DNA of 63,973 bases, filler included, from Octopus bimaculoides (lineage: Eukaryota), in NCBI RefSeq assembly GCF_001194135.2. It is 6 parts of 6 records of this genome, joined end to end, with 100 filler letters (N's around TTAATTAATTAA, not from the genome) between each part and the next. Parts side by side here need not be neighbours in the genome. Positions count along the whole stretch, not along the records: positions 21,280 to 52,146 come from NC_068982.1; 5 more parts are not named here. One strand, 5' to 3'. Each line of letters begins with the position of its first letter. Positions within the stretch are counted from its first letter, which is position 1. Below, one piece after another: positions 24,340 through 38,330 of the stretch. A program made the position numbers and the translations under genes. The notes beneath the pieces were generated by a model that made no database searches, was not told the origin of the DNA, and saw only the letters and a list, made by a program, of their open reading frames with translations.

Positions 24340-24551
24340 TAGCACAGCTTATTCTAAAATAAGAGCTAAAATTAACTCCAAGGTCACTAAAGCATTATAC
24401 TTAATGACTGACAAAGGGTGATAAGTCCCTAGCGTATATAGCCGTATCACGATTTCCAATCTTAGCCTTACCTTCCCCTGTCATTTATTAAGTATAGTTC
24501 TTTAGTTGTTTTAGAGTTAATTTAACTCTTATTTTAGCATAACCGGTGCTA
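24340..24551. repeat. Diverged fold-back element (about 78-bp inverted arms, 24340-24418 and 24475-24551)
   Basis: tagcacagcttattctaaaataagagctaaaattaactc pairs with gagttaatttaactcttattttagcataaccggtgcta. Confidence 0.8.
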
Positions 24552-25416
24552 TTCAGCACCGTCCATAACGTTTGTAACCCCTATTAATTTTGCATTTATA
24601 TTCTAATTGCTAATAAGCCACTCTTTTAATTTGTTATATATATATATATATATATATATACATAATTATGTATGTATACGTGAGTGTGTGTGGCCATGTG
24701 TTTATTCATATATAATACTTCGTATGTGTAAGTATATTAGTATAATTATAAAGAGAAATGTATATGTTTATCATTGTAATGATTCTTTATCCATGATATT
24801 ATGCCATTCTCGTGTTTTTCGAGGTATTTTTTCTTTTACATCTTCTGTATACATTTGTAAATCTCTCGATTCTTGCAATTTTTCTTGTCTACATTTAAAA
24901 CATTTGTCCTTCAGTTATATTCGAAAAATATTTGAAGTCGATCGTTCATGGTTTTAATTGTAAATTATGCATCTGGTTCTTCTCTTCAAACATATGTAGA
25001 TATATATTTCTGGCACACTCTGTCCTTACATACATAAATGCATGCATGCATACATACGTACTTATATATATACAAACATACATATATGTATGCTTACGTA
25101 CATAATACACATATACATTCATATGTGCATACGCACACATATACATAGATATCTGTGTGTGTATCTGTTTGTCTGTCTGTATGTCTGTCTATATCTCTCT
25201 CTGTAGATATATATATATATACACACACACACATCAACGCTTGCGAGTGCACACAAATGGACATGTATATACATATGTATGTATAAATATATTAACATTT
25301 TCTGTATTAAATTATGTATGTATATTTACACAATTTATATACTTTTGATTAAATGTAAAGTTTTTGTTTATTAAACTCAGCAACACCTGCTTGAACGTAT
25401 ATTTGTACGTATATAA

Positions 25417-25447
<31 letters not shown>

Positions 25448-25734
25448 TGTATTCAGTTTTATTTCAAGATTTTTTTTCCAACAGTGAAAGAATCGGTTCT
25501 AACCTATATCCAAGGTTCCTTCACTGGAATTTCAACATCAACAACAGGATATTTTCGTATGTAGGTATGTATGTATGCATGTATGTATGTATGCATGTAT
25601 GTATGTATGTTTGTATGTATATATGTATACGTGCAGTTTTGCATGATTTCTTTTATGCATGTATCCTCATGCATATAATTGCATATCTAGACATGCTTAT
25701 ATATTTAAATGATAAACTTCTGGAAAGTTTTACA

Positions 25735-26530
25735 GGTTTTTACAGTTCCAGTGATGGATTAGATCTGTAGTCTTTGAATTAGCTTTCTCCTTTCTGGTTT
25801 TGAGAAGCATAATTTTTCAAGATTGGTATCTAGGCGGTGTGTTACACATCCCATATTTACAGGAATAAGCCTGGACATGTAATCTGGATAGAGTTACTGC
25901 GGATTTCTCGATATTGCAGTTTAGGATTACTCTTTTTCGCTGATCTTCAGCTTTACGTTAACATCTGCTGGGCAGCTAATTTCCACAACTGTACACAGAT
26001 TTTCTTCTCTATGCTATGTCATTATATCAAGTCTGTTATGCTTACATTTTATTGAGGTTTTCACTGGGACATTCCACCAGTACTCCTTTTTATTATGAGT
26101 TGCTATGGCTTCTACCATATTGTGGGTTCTCCTTCTGATGGATTTTATTATAGAGTGTCCTAGCTACAACATCATGTCTCATTGGTAGATAATAACGTGA
26201 TGGCATTTTCGGACAACTGCTTATGATGTGAGTGATATCTCTAGTGTGAACTCCACAAAGTCTGTATTGGTTATCACGTTTTGCTGCTTTTCCTGCATCT
26301 CTATCCTTTTTGAGCGTTAGGTGTTTGCTTGATATATCCTGTTCTCGGATTGCAAACGCATACTCTTGAAGGTAGAAGGTAATAATCCGATTATTGGTCC
26401 ATGCAAGACTTCTTCGATGATCAATGTTACTATCATTTCGGAACTTTCTACTAACATATCCATGCATGGTCTTCTGCTCATATACGCTGATCCTTTTATT
26501 TTATGATACATTGCCGTAGAGTCGTACGAC
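25735..26530 (-). mobile_element. R4/R2-group non-LTR retrotransposon C-terminus (zinc knuckle and restriction-like endonuclease), decayed
   Basis: YRLCG..DITHIISSCP..YYLPMRHDVVARTLY, then KHNRLDI...VVEISCPADVN, an eroded PD-(D/E)xK region. Confidence 0.8.
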
Positions 26531-27584
26531 TTCTTTGGGAATGTATTTAAGGTATGTATGTAGGTATGGATGTATGTATGTATGCATGCATGCACGTACG
26601 TACGTGCACGTGTGTCTATGTATGTGTGCCCGTGCGTGTGTACGTGTGTGTATGTATGTATGTATTTATGGATGTATGTATATGTGTGTATGTGTGTGTA
26701 TATATATATATGTATGTGTGTCTGTGTTATGCGTGTGTTTGTATATTTACGTATGTTCACGTGTTTGTGTGTGAATACGTTTATGCGCATGTCTATATGT
26801 ATCTATCTATATCTTGTGTATATTTGTGTATGTGCATATTTCTGGAAGTGTGTACTTGTTGCTGCACATGCACATAGTACGTATGCATATACTTATGTCT
26901 ATTCTGCTGGTCTGATACAGATGTTCTGCTTTTTTATTATTAATAATAACACAATTCTAAATAATTTCTTTCTTTTCGGTTTTCTTGCCTCATTTTCTCC
27001 TCTGCGATTATTTCTTTGCTTTTTAGTAGCATTCTTCTGATTCATAACTCTCTAACTCCAGATGTTCTATTTTGCTTTATTCTATTCTTAGCTTTTATTG
27101 TCTGTCGAGCCGTTTTCGGCGAGTCTTCCAAGTGGCGTTCATTGTTGTCTAATACCTATAGTTTGTAACTGACAATTGGATAACTATGTTATGCATCACA
27201 GAATTTAAACGTAAATTCTTTTTTCTGCTACATCTTTTATCTTTTTCTTTTTATATTGAATAATATTGAAAAATATGAATTTATCAACGACGGATAATGT
27301 TTATGTTGTTAGACTACAATTTAAACTTTAGCAAAGTTGCAACAAAGAAAACTTAACATAATTATCTTGGAAATATACATTGAAGCATTAATGTGAAAAC
27401 ATTACACCACTTTCAAGTATTTATGATCGTTCAGAAATTTAAATTGAAGTACATATACCCCAACTTTCACTACAAAACACTATACAAACATGATGATATC
27501 GTTATTAAGAACATAGGTTGAAACTACAAGAAGATTCTGCTATAAATATTTGTCTCTAATTATATATTACCCAAAATATATAAA

Positions 27585-27617
<33 letters not shown>

Positions 27618-27647
27618 TGTATGTATGTATGTATGTATGTATGTATG

Positions 27648-27681
<34 letters not shown>

Positions 27682-28131
27682 AGGTCACCACGCACGTAAA
27701 TACTCTCTTATACACACGCACGCGCACCTTCGTTTTGGGATCACCACTACTTTATTATCTCCCCTTCTTCCTAGCTCTCCTGTGTGACCCCTCTGTCTAG
27801 TATTCGCCATGATAGATCGCTNNNNNNNNNNNNNNNNNNNNNNNNNNNNNNNNNNNNNNNNNNNNNNNNNNNNNNNNNNNNNNNNNNNNNNNNNNNNNNN
27901 NNNNNNNNNNNNNNNNNNNNNNNNNNNNNNNNNNNNNNNNNNNNNNNNNNNNNNNNNNNNNNNNNNNNNNNNNNNNNNNNNNNNNNNNNNNNNNNNNNNN
28001 NNNNNNNNNNNNNNNNNNNNNNNNNNNNNNNNNNNNNNNNNNNNNNNNNNNNNNNNNNNNNNNNNNNNNNNNNNNNNNNNNNNNNNNNNNATATATATAT
28101 ATATATATATATATGCACATACATACATACA

Positions 28132-28167
<36 letters not shown>

Positions 28168-28207
28168 TGTGCGTGTTTGTGTACATACATATTTATGTAT
28201 ATGCATA

Positions 28208-28270
<63 letters not shown>

Positions 28271-28289
28271 CTAGTATGTATAATACCAC

Positions 28290-28570
28290 AATGTAAGGAC
28301 GTGAGTTTGATTCCTGGCAGTGTGTTGTACCCTTCAGCAGAACATTTCTTTTACCCTAGCTCCAGTCCACTCAGCTCGCAAAAATAAGTTTTACCTGTAA
28401 TTCAAAGGGTCAGCCTTGTCACATCATGCGTCCACTAAATCTCCCTGAGAACTACGTTAAGGGTACGGTGTCTGTGAAGTGGTCAGCCACTTGCACATTA
28501 ATTTCACGAGCAGGTTGTTCAGTTGATCGGACTGGAATCTTCAACGCCGTAATCGACGGAGTGTCAGTTG
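28290..28570 (+). mobile_element. SINE-like repeat (family C)
   Basis: gtttgattcctggcag..ctccagtccactcagct..ccctgagaactacgttaagggtac. Related sequence lies on the minus strand near 60200-60330 and 56296-56544. Confidence 0.6.
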
Positions 28571-28780
28571 CGACAATTATACCATTCAGGTTTCGTCTCT
28601 GCTGTTAGTTAATCGTGTTAAATTCTCTCCGTGGTTTATTGAAACGGAAGGTTGCGGATTACTTTTCTTTATTGGAGAACGATGAGAAGAAGAAAAAAAT
28701 TCTTTTTATATTCCACGGTAGGCGACTAGGGTTGCCGAGTGTGCAAAAAAGAATACAACCGTAACTCCGTAACTCATGTA

Positions 28781-28847
<67 letters not shown>

Positions 28848-28984
28848 ACATACAGAAAAACAAAAGACGAAGACAGGAATATAAACAACAAACAGGTGTG
28901 TCTTCGGTAAAACATAAATCCGGAAAAGAAGCACATTGTAAGTTATAGAGCAGTATATTATATAAATAAAGTTAGATAAGGCCG

Positions 28985-29055
28985 GTTTACGGAATTACCC
29001 TGGGTTTCTCGTCTATAAAGCGCTTAGCTTTACGGCGTATCATCAGATCCCAAAC
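28985..29055 (-). ncRNA. Type I hammerhead ribozyme motif
   Basis: Minus strand: gttt-gggat CTGATGA tacgccg-taaagc-taagc-gcttta-tagacga GAA ACC-cag-GGT A attcc[gt]aaac. Stems I, II (inner) and III and the GTA triplet are all present. Confidence 0.72.
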
Positions 29056-29138
29056 TTATTGGATTATGACCTCTCTAGCTAGCAGTTTCTCTAAATAATG
29101 GCGAATAAAAGAATATATATGTATATATACATATATTT

Positions 29139-29583
29139 TCTTATTTGTTTCAGTCATTTGACTGCAGCCATGCTGGAGCACCACCTTTCGTCAAGCAAAT
29201 CGCCCCGGGACTTACTCTTTGTAAGCCTAGTACTTATGCTATCTGTCTCTTTTGTCAAACAGCTAAGTTACTGGGACGTAAACATCGATTGTCAAGCGAT
29301 GGTGGGAGGACAAATACAGACACACACACACGCGCGCGCACACACACGCGCGCACACACACGCGCGCACACACACGCGCACACACACACGCGCGCACACA
29401 CACGCGCGCACACACACGCGCGCACACACACGCGCGCACACACACACGCGCGCGCCACACGCGCGCACACACATATATACGACGGGCGTCTTTTAGTTTC
29501 CTCTATCAAATCTACTTACAAGGCTTTGGGCGGCCTGAGGCTATAGTAGAAGACACACGCCCAAGGTGCCACGCAGTGGAACT
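29139..29583 (-). mobile_element. tRNA-derived SINE (family A) with internal (CA)/(CG) tract
   Basis: Reverse complement of the family A body and tail. CpG sites are retained. Confidence 0.85.
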
Positions 29584-30599
29584 AATATTTCTCAAAAGAT
29601 ACACACACACTCATAATTTTTGTATAGAATTATACATATAATTGAAGATGCAAATTATATATATTTGTAGGTATAAATTAAATATATATTTGTGTATATA
29701 ATTATAATTATCATATTTAATATCATGTATGTAGAATTGTTCATACATGCACACATACATGCACACAAACACACACATGCAGATATATGCATGTATACCC
29801 ACATGTCTTTGTGTATGCATCCGTATGATTGCGCTTGCGTGGGTACGCGTTTGGTAATTTAAGGGAAAAAGACTTACGTAGCAGAATTTAAATTATAAAT
29901 CGTTTTTATACCTTTACATTATATGGACAGCATACTGAAAGTCATGAATTTATTCCAACCCATAATATCTATATTGTTAGAATATAATTTAAATTTTAGC
30001 CAAACAGTTTTAGGCACAAAACAGCGTATAATTATTCTTCCAGTATACATAAACACCTGAATATTATGCCAATTTCAAGAATTTAATAACCGTTATAAAT
30101 TTACACTGGGCTGTAAAGTTTTCCGGTCTCATTAATAATATCATCAACATTGCAACTAAACATTTTTTATTAAGAGCATCTCCTCAAAATACAGAAAAAC
30201 TTGCCTATAAATATTTATCTAAATAATACATTTCATAAAATATATCACAACATATCTTTGTTTAGGAATGAAACTTGGTTCGATACTTTGTAGAAGAAAT
30301 AATCTCTAATGATGAAATGGTATAGGTTGTTAGGCATGCAGACACTTACACGCATGACACTTACACAGTTCACATATACATACATACATACATACATATA
30401 TATATATATATATTTGTAAAGATTTGTAAATGTACCACACGAGTAGGTAGATATTAAAGATAAATAAAAATGAAAATGCCACTTTTAAAAAAATTTTTGG
30501 GTGTTTTAATTAACTTACATTACATGTTTCGTTTTTTTTTTTTGAAAAACCTTATCAAAAATGAGTACAAAATATGTGAGAGGAGAAGAGGACTATTAA

Positions 30600-31700
30600 T
30601 AAAATAAAATTGAAATTAAAATTAAGAATGACATCCGTAGTTTACTGTTATTTCTTGCATGCCCACGTGGTCCTTTCCTTTTGTTCTGAAGGCATGGTAA
30701 TTTCAACTTGCTGAGATAGTATCTACTAGTGTTTAAAATTTTCATGATTTCAGCATCACTAAAATTCAGAATTAATCCAGAAAACAGACTTCCAGCTTGC
30801 ATTTAAGAGACTTTTCCTAATTTCAGAATTTGATGGTACAATTTATACAATGAAGAATATTTTATTTTTTCCATAGCTTTGAACTGGTTCTCATTTAAAA
30901 TTCCCAGATTTTGTTATACGAACGTTTAACATTATTTTTCATAAAATTACAAACTATGCTTTGATATAATCCTTGGATAGGCGTGCAGTGGTGAATGGTA
31001 AGGACAGAATTGTAATATTGTGTTCTCAATCTCAGTGATGTACTGGACCGTTTTCAATTAGTAATACAATTTTCAAGCCGATATTTCCTTTTGTATCATT
31101 TCAGCTTCGGGAACGACGTTCTAATCAAACCAGTTTATGAATATTGGCAAAATATTTTAATTTTCACGTCAATGAACTAGGAGGGTATTTTGATTCAAAC
31201 CTTTCATCGCACGTGGATTAATAAATAATGGTTCCATGAATCAATCGCTTAATGCATTACAACCTAATAATTATTACGTGATTCGATAATTAGAAGTTTT
31301 GAGTCCGCTAACCATTTTGCCGATCTTGATATAAATGTTCTCTTTGGCATTTTCTAGAATAAACCAGTGTCACCAGGATTAAATAATAGCTTTAAAGAAA
31401 TTGCATGTTCAATTATTTTAGATAATCATGTCACAATCTCTTTAACAGCCTTGTTAATCGCTTATTGAAGTTATTGAAAACCATGCAATTATACTTTTTC
31501 TGATTTTCCATCGTTATTCTTAATTGTTTTAAAAGTTGCTCCTATTATATTAAACAGTTTCAGAGATTTTGTCGATCTTTTGCCAGTTTTAAACCGATTT
31601 AGTATTGTGATTTTCATTTCCAGAGGAATTGACTTCTTTGTTCGTTTTTCGTTTATTTCAAACCCTATTATATTCATTTATGAAAATATTAAACGAGCTC
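30600..31700 (-). mobile_element. pogo/Tigger-like DNA transposon remnant
   Basis: KRTKKSIPLEMKITILNRFKTG resembles the CENP-B-type N-terminal HTH. Downstream sequence is heavily decayed. Confidence 0.5.
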
Positions 31701-32299
31701 GCCCTAAAGCAAAGATGTGCACAGGTGAAACTGTGTGAACCGAGTAGCGTGCAAAAACAAGGGATGAACTGTATATATACATATATGTATATATACATAC
31801 TCACACACAAACACACACACACAAACATACACAAACATACACATGCACACACTTATTATGAGACAAAGCACAAAAACTATAAAAATGTAGTTGGTGCCAC
31901 AGTTGAAGACACCAGATGATACCCTCAAATCGTAATATTCAGACGTCTTGACATGTATGTATGTGCATACATACATACATACATATTTACTGTGTTGCAA
32001 TAATTGTGAACAAACGACCGATTCAAAGGATAATATTGAGCCAAAATGCATGACCCCCTACACCATAGCATCAATAGACAGTTGGACTATCATTACATGA
32101 ATAATGTGGGCAAAACATTATAGACCCATAGCATGCTTGAATGTTATGCACAAACTGTACACAAGTTATCTGAATATATTTCTCCAAGAGCAATACCTTC
32201 AGCCTTAGAGAAGAACTACTGAGTAGGTACTCTGAGAATACAACTGCCTCATGCAACCCAAAAGAGGCTGGACTGACCTACCTAAAGAGATGACTGGAT

Positions 32300-32700
32300 G
32301 AAAAGCAGGCATTAATCCAACAAAAAACACAAAGCTTAGGTAGGCATCCTGTATGCTAGAGGATAACAATAGCTTTTCCAGGAAGAGTAACCTCTTCTCG
32401 GTCTGTAATAGATACATTACATCCCATCTAGAAGGATATGCCTTTGCTATCCAGAAAGAGGATATAGTTACTAGATACCTGATAAGTGAGAGAGGCTAAG
32501 GTACTATAAAACCTCCACGTTGTGATAGGAAATATCGGCTCTGCTAGACCAATGTGGAAGATATCACCCAAACCATCAGCATCTGCCCCAAAATGTCCGC
32601 ATGATAGTACCTGGCCCTGAAACATGTTATAGTTGCAAAGACTATTTACAACGCTACCCGCAGGAAGGATTGCCCTGACGCATGTCAAAGGCATGTATGA
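32300..32700 (+). mobile_element. R4/R2-group retrotransposon fragment (same type as 25735-26530)
   Basis: SHLEGYAFAIQKEDI..YRLC*TNVEDITQTISICPKMS..KHVIVAKTIYN, collinear with the 26093-26467 ORF. Confidence 0.72.
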
Positions 32701-34601
32701 ACCAGCACGTATTCACACATTTAAAAGAAGTAATACTGGTGGAAACTCCAATAAAAAGCAACATTTCAGTGCAAACAATTACCACTCCATTAAAACAACC
32801 TCTCTATATTCTGTTGTGAATCATTGTTGTTTTCCTGAAGGAAATTCTCGAACCCGAGATGTTTTGCATGCATGTATATGGGTTACACGAGAATCTTCGT
32901 GAGACATTCAGTAAATGTCATGGCTTTAGCTCTCCGTTAGAAACAAGCAATAGTTAACCAAAGAAATATTGTATCTGTTACTTATATCTATTAGCACTTG
33001 GCATCCAGCCTTTTCTTTGGTCAATGACTATATTATCAAATCACATCATATAAAGGTAGGAACTAATCTTTAAATCCAAACATAAATGCAAGCGCGGACA
33101 CACACACTCTCACACACGCACATATATGTATGTATGTATACATCCATACAAACATACATACACATACATATACAAAACTCTCTCTTTCTCACTCTCTCAC
33201 GCACACACACACACACATTCATTCATTCACTCACACAATCACACATAAACATACACACACAAACACCCACCCACCCACACACATATATGAAGCCCTATAA
33301 ATGTTAGAATTAGTACTCAAAATGCATAATACATCAATATTTTATAAATATTTACAAATTTAAAACAATTGAAGAATAAATCATATTCCACTTTAGAGGG
33401 CCATTAAAATTGCATATATTTTGTAGATATAATTTTGAAATGAAGAATTTCAATATAGCGCTACAATAAATAGTTTTTATGATGTCTGAAAACGATGAGT
33501 GAAGAGGAACATGTGAATGTGTGAACGAGAAAGTATTTATGTGAGACAGAAAGCGGGAAGAAGAGAATAACTACTGCATTACAATTATAAATCTTTCAGA
33601 AAGTTTTCCCTTTAAAGATCCAATATTCCAATACTTGATCTGCTATTGCTTTCCATGCATCATTGTGGTATAATATTGAGTTTCTGTGCCAATTTCGAAA
33701 GCCGTTCTTTGAGAAATAGCGACGTTATTTCAAATGAAACAAACATGTATTCTCACCCATAAACACACACACACAGTGGGCAACGAATTTTCAGGTGGAG
33801 GGAGGATGATTGTATATGTGTTTACTCCAACCCATGGAAAGAGGACGTTAAAAGATAATGATGATGATGATGATGATGACAATGATTTGCATATGCGTAT
33901 AAAGAACTTGTAAGTATAAGTCATTGGGAGGTAGGTGTTGTTTGAAGTGCACATTCACTCCAAGCAACGCACATTCACTCCAAGCAACGCACGTTCCTCA
34001 ATGAATTATACAAATTTCTTGTATGCATATATGTATATATATATATATATNNNNNNNNNNNNNNNNNNNNNNNNNNNNNNNNNNNNNNNNNNNNNNNNNN
34101 NNNNNNNNNNNNNNNNNNNNNNNNNNNNNNNNNNNNNNNNNNNNNNNNNNNNNNNNNNNNNNNNNNNNNNNNNNNNNNNNNNNNNNNNNNNNNNNNNNNN
34201 NNNNNNNNNNNNNNNNNNNNNNNNNNNNNNNNNNNNNNNNNNNNNNNNNNNNNNNNNNNNNNNNNNNNNNNNNNNNNNNNNNNNNNNNNNNNNNNNNNNN
34301 NNNNNNNNNNNNNNNNNNNNNNNNNNNNNNNNNNNNNNNNNNNNNNNNNNNNNNNNNNNNNNNNNNNNNNNNNNNNNNNNNNNNNNNNNNNNNNNNNNNN
34401 NNNNNNNNNNNNNNNNNNNNNNNNNNNNNNNNNNNNNNNNNNNNNNNNNNNNNNNNNNNNNNNNNNNNNNNNNNNNNNNNNNNNNNNNNNNNNNNNNNNN
34501 NNNNNNNNNNNNNNNNNNNNNNNNNNNNNNNNNNNNNNNNNNNNNNNNNNNNNNNNNNNNNNNNNNNNNNNNNNNNNNNNNNNNNNNNNNNNNNNNNNNN
34601 N

Positions 34602-34656
<55 letters not shown>

Positions 34657-36379
34657 TACTTACATATATACTTACATATACATAAATATATACATATATA
34701 TACACACATATATATGTATGTATACATAAGCGATCCTTAAATAGTTTTACAATTAAATGCATTCGTAAAGATCCTTTGCAAGTACAATACAAAAACATCT
34801 GAACAAAAACATTAACTACAATGAATAAGCAAATTAAAAATACGTTCCCCATCAAAAAATGATCAATGTAAAAAGTAGAAAATTAACAGTCAATATGTAA
34901 ATGGAAAATTAGGTGGTGAGATGATAGAGTCGTTAGCATGCCGGATAAATTGCTTTGCGACATTTCGTCCGTCATCCAGCATCGAATTATTCTTTAGCAA
35001 AATGACTGAGTCATTGAATTAAAGTGGAACTTAAATAGGTGCCCTTAAATTGTAGCTTAAGTAGAATCGAAGTGAAACAGTCTGAGAGGCTGAACCCGAA
35101 AAGCAGAAGTAGAATTCGTCCGACGTGTTTGAATACAGTTACTGTCTACACAATTTCCACCACGAAGCTAACATCAAGCAAAAGCTATTATAGAAAAAAC
35201 ATGCACAGGTGTCACACAGTGGATTCGAACCTACTACCACATGGTTTCGATACAAATTTTTTCTCTACGTATTTATAACATAAACATATGCATACATGAA
35301 TATTCTTATATTGTAGAGGTACTAAGAGACACAAATACAATAAGATGATATTGTGCAAATGTTTAAATATTCATTCGTTACAAAATGAATATATAATTGT
35401 ATTTGCTTTATACTCGTAAATATTTGCACTGAATACATTAAGTAAACCAAACTGCATACGTATAGTTGGATAATGAAATATTTCTTCAGAACAATGTCAC
35501 TGGGTTACTTTTGTTTTGCGTAGGTAATTGCGTAAATATGCTATGAATATAATATACACGATTCTACATATACTTCAAATAAACAAGTATATTGACTTGC
35601 TTATTAACAGATTTATATCAGAAAATTTAAGCCTGTACGTAAACGTAAGTGTATGAACGTGCATTTCAGTATGTTTGTGTAAATATACACACATTAATAT
35701 TTATATATATATATATATATAGATAGATAGATACATAGAAAGTGAGAGAAAGAGTGAGGAGGAGAAAGAGATAGAGGGAGAGAAAGACAGAGACAGACAG
35801 ACATACATACAAATATATATATACACACACGCACACACATACACCCACACACATACAGACACAGAGAGACACACATATTAAATAGAAAGTTAGAAAGATA
35901 TAGAATTTAGAAATCCGTCATACTGCTGGCGAATGTGGCGAATGTTTAAATTACTTTATTAATTACGAAATATACATACCACTTTAATTACATTATAGCC
36001 AAAAACATATCTAGTGTACTCATGAGATAATTATTTAATTATCCAAGCGATTAAGAAGCTAACAACATGAAACAAAATGTGAAACTCTTAAAGTAACATA
36101 TTTAAATATTGCAAGGGTAAATTTGTATAATAGTTATGAACATTAATATGAGTATTAAGTGATAGCGATGAAATATACTAAATATTGACATTTGTTTACT
36201 TACTAGAGAAGTGTTTTTAAATACAATAAAGTTACATTATTTTCTCCTCTTAGTACACACACACACACACGCACGCATGTGTATGTGTATGTGTGTGCGT
36301 GCGTGCGTGCGTGTGTATGTATGTATAAATGTGCGTGTTTGTGTATATGTATGTATGCATGTATGTGTGTATGACTGGC

Positions 36380-36414
<35 letters not shown>

Positions 36415-36675
36415 NNNNNNNNNNNNNNNNNNNNNNNNNNNNNNNNNNNNNNNNNNNNNNNNNNNNNNNNNNNNNNNNNNNNNNNNNNNNNNNNNNNNNN
36501 NNNNNNNNNNNNNNNNNNNNNNNNNNNNNNNNNNNNNNNNNNNNNNNNNNNNNNNNNNNNNNNNNNNNNNNNNNNNNNNNNNNNNNNNNNNNNNNNNNNN
36601 NNNNNNNNNNNNNNNNNNNNNNNNNNNNNNNNNNNNNNNNNNNNNNNNNNNNNNNNNNNNNNNNNNNNNNNNNNN

Positions 36676-36714
<39 letters not shown>

Positions 36715-36855
36715 GCACATATAGGTATATTCAAATACACACATATATATATATATATATATGTATGCATAAATATATATATATACAAATACAAATATAT
36801 ATCCATATTGATATATATATATACACATACACAAATATTTATATGTATACACACA

Positions 36856-36896
<41 letters not shown>

Positions 36897-37078
36897 GTAT
36901 ATATATATGTGTATACATAAATATATGTATATGATTATATATATATATATACACATGTCTCTCTCTCTATATATATATACATATATTAATGCGTTTTATG
37001 CTTAGTTATAAGAAAAACAATATCTTTCTTTCATCTGTATAGTACAAATATGTTATTCTTTACCATGAATAGTATTGG

Positions 37079-37121
37079 CAGAGACTTCGAAGTTTTGGCC
37101 AGCTAAGCCATCATCGCTCTG
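37079..37121 (-). ncRNA. Decayed minimal hammerhead motif
   Basis: caga GCGATGA t ggc-ttagctg-gcc AAAA C-ttcgaa-G TC tctg. Stems are intact, with a GTC triplet and palindromic stem III. The core has lost C3/U4 and G12. Confidence 0.55.
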
Positions 37122-38330
37122 TGACGCCTTAAGTTAACCTTGGCTTTATATCGTCTCTGTTCGGGGATTTTGGTTTTCCACTCAATGGTAATTAGGTTGT
37201 AGGGTAAGTAGCGATGGATAAGTGTTGTGGAAAATTTTATTAACTGAATTTTGGATTATGATTTTATTGTGTATTCATTCCTACATGTAGAACTTTGTAA
37301 GCAGGTGTGTCCATTTAGGTGTGTCAGCTTCAGGTCATGGGACTGTGTTTTTAGTGGTTCAAAGGAAGCAGATAGGGGAAGCTTTTTGGTTAGTGGATGT
37401 GTCATTAGTTTTAGTTAGTTTTGGTGTCGTGTGACTTAATCCTCTGTAAATTTGACAGTTCAAAGTTAAGTCCACCCTTGAAAATATTATGAATTGGGTG
37501 TGTCACCTTCATATTCTGATGGAATTTTTAAGGGTTCAAGAAAGAATGTAAGAGTGTGGAATGCTTTAGCTGGTCAGTAAGTTTATTTACTTTTTGTTGA
37601 TTTTATTTATTTCCTGTTTGTATTTGAAAAGTTTAGGTTATTAATCAACCATGTCAGTGTGTTGTTAGTATATAAATTTCTTCATCTTGTACTTTTGATG
37701 TTTACAAGAGGATGTGGGTAGGTGTAAAGTTTGTTGATCAATATATTTCTCTCAAGAGGTTCTTTGTTCTGTAAGTAATTTTATTAATATGTCTAAATGT
37801 CAATCTTTGCGTTTAATGGAGGCAGAGTTTCTGGGCTATGTGTTTATAAATACTTCTACGATTCTTCTTCAAAAGTGGGTATTTTATAATATATTAGTTT
37901 AGCTCTATGGATATATGTGAATGTGAGGTATTATAAAAATGGATGTATATACTCATGTATAAAATTAAGAATAAAAATATGTACTTTAAAAAATTGGTTT
38001 CAATATTTAAAACTATATATATANNNNNNNNNNNNNNNNNNNNNNNNNNNNNNNNNNNNNNNNNNNNNNNNNNNNNNNNNNNNNNNNNNNNNNNNNNNNN
38101 NNNNNNNNNNNNNNNNNNNNNNNATATATATATATAAATATATAAATATATATATATGTAAGCGAGTGTATATAGGTTTGTGAACTCATAGTAGGAAATA
38201 TTCTTGGTGAGGTTCGTTGGAGATTGGGGTTAGTTTTAGATAATTTCTAAGTGTTCATTTAGCGTAAAGCTGTAAACATTTGTGCTGAAGGTGGAAGGAG
38301 AGCAGAAGGTGAGAGATTTTTTGTAGCCGT
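37079..38330 (-). mobile_element. Penelope-like element, decayed (RT remnant and pseudo-LTR ending in a hammerhead motif)
   Basis: Minus-strand DILIKLL and KYIDQQTLHLPTSSC resemble the PLE RT C-terminus. There is a terminal hammerhead-like motif at 37079-37121 and an inverted copy of the end at 38705-38948. Confidence 0.6.

Noticed and set aside
23548-24354. Identical 44-bp direct repeat (23548-23591 and 24311-24354) flanking a gap, resembling an LTR or TSD
   Set aside because: Both copies follow a (TA)n tract and one abuts the N run. Most likely overlapping contig ends.
33949-33992. 20-bp unit repeated twice (gcacattcactccaagcaac), superficially CRISPR-like
   Set aside because: It is a direct tandem duplication without spacers in a eukaryotic genome.
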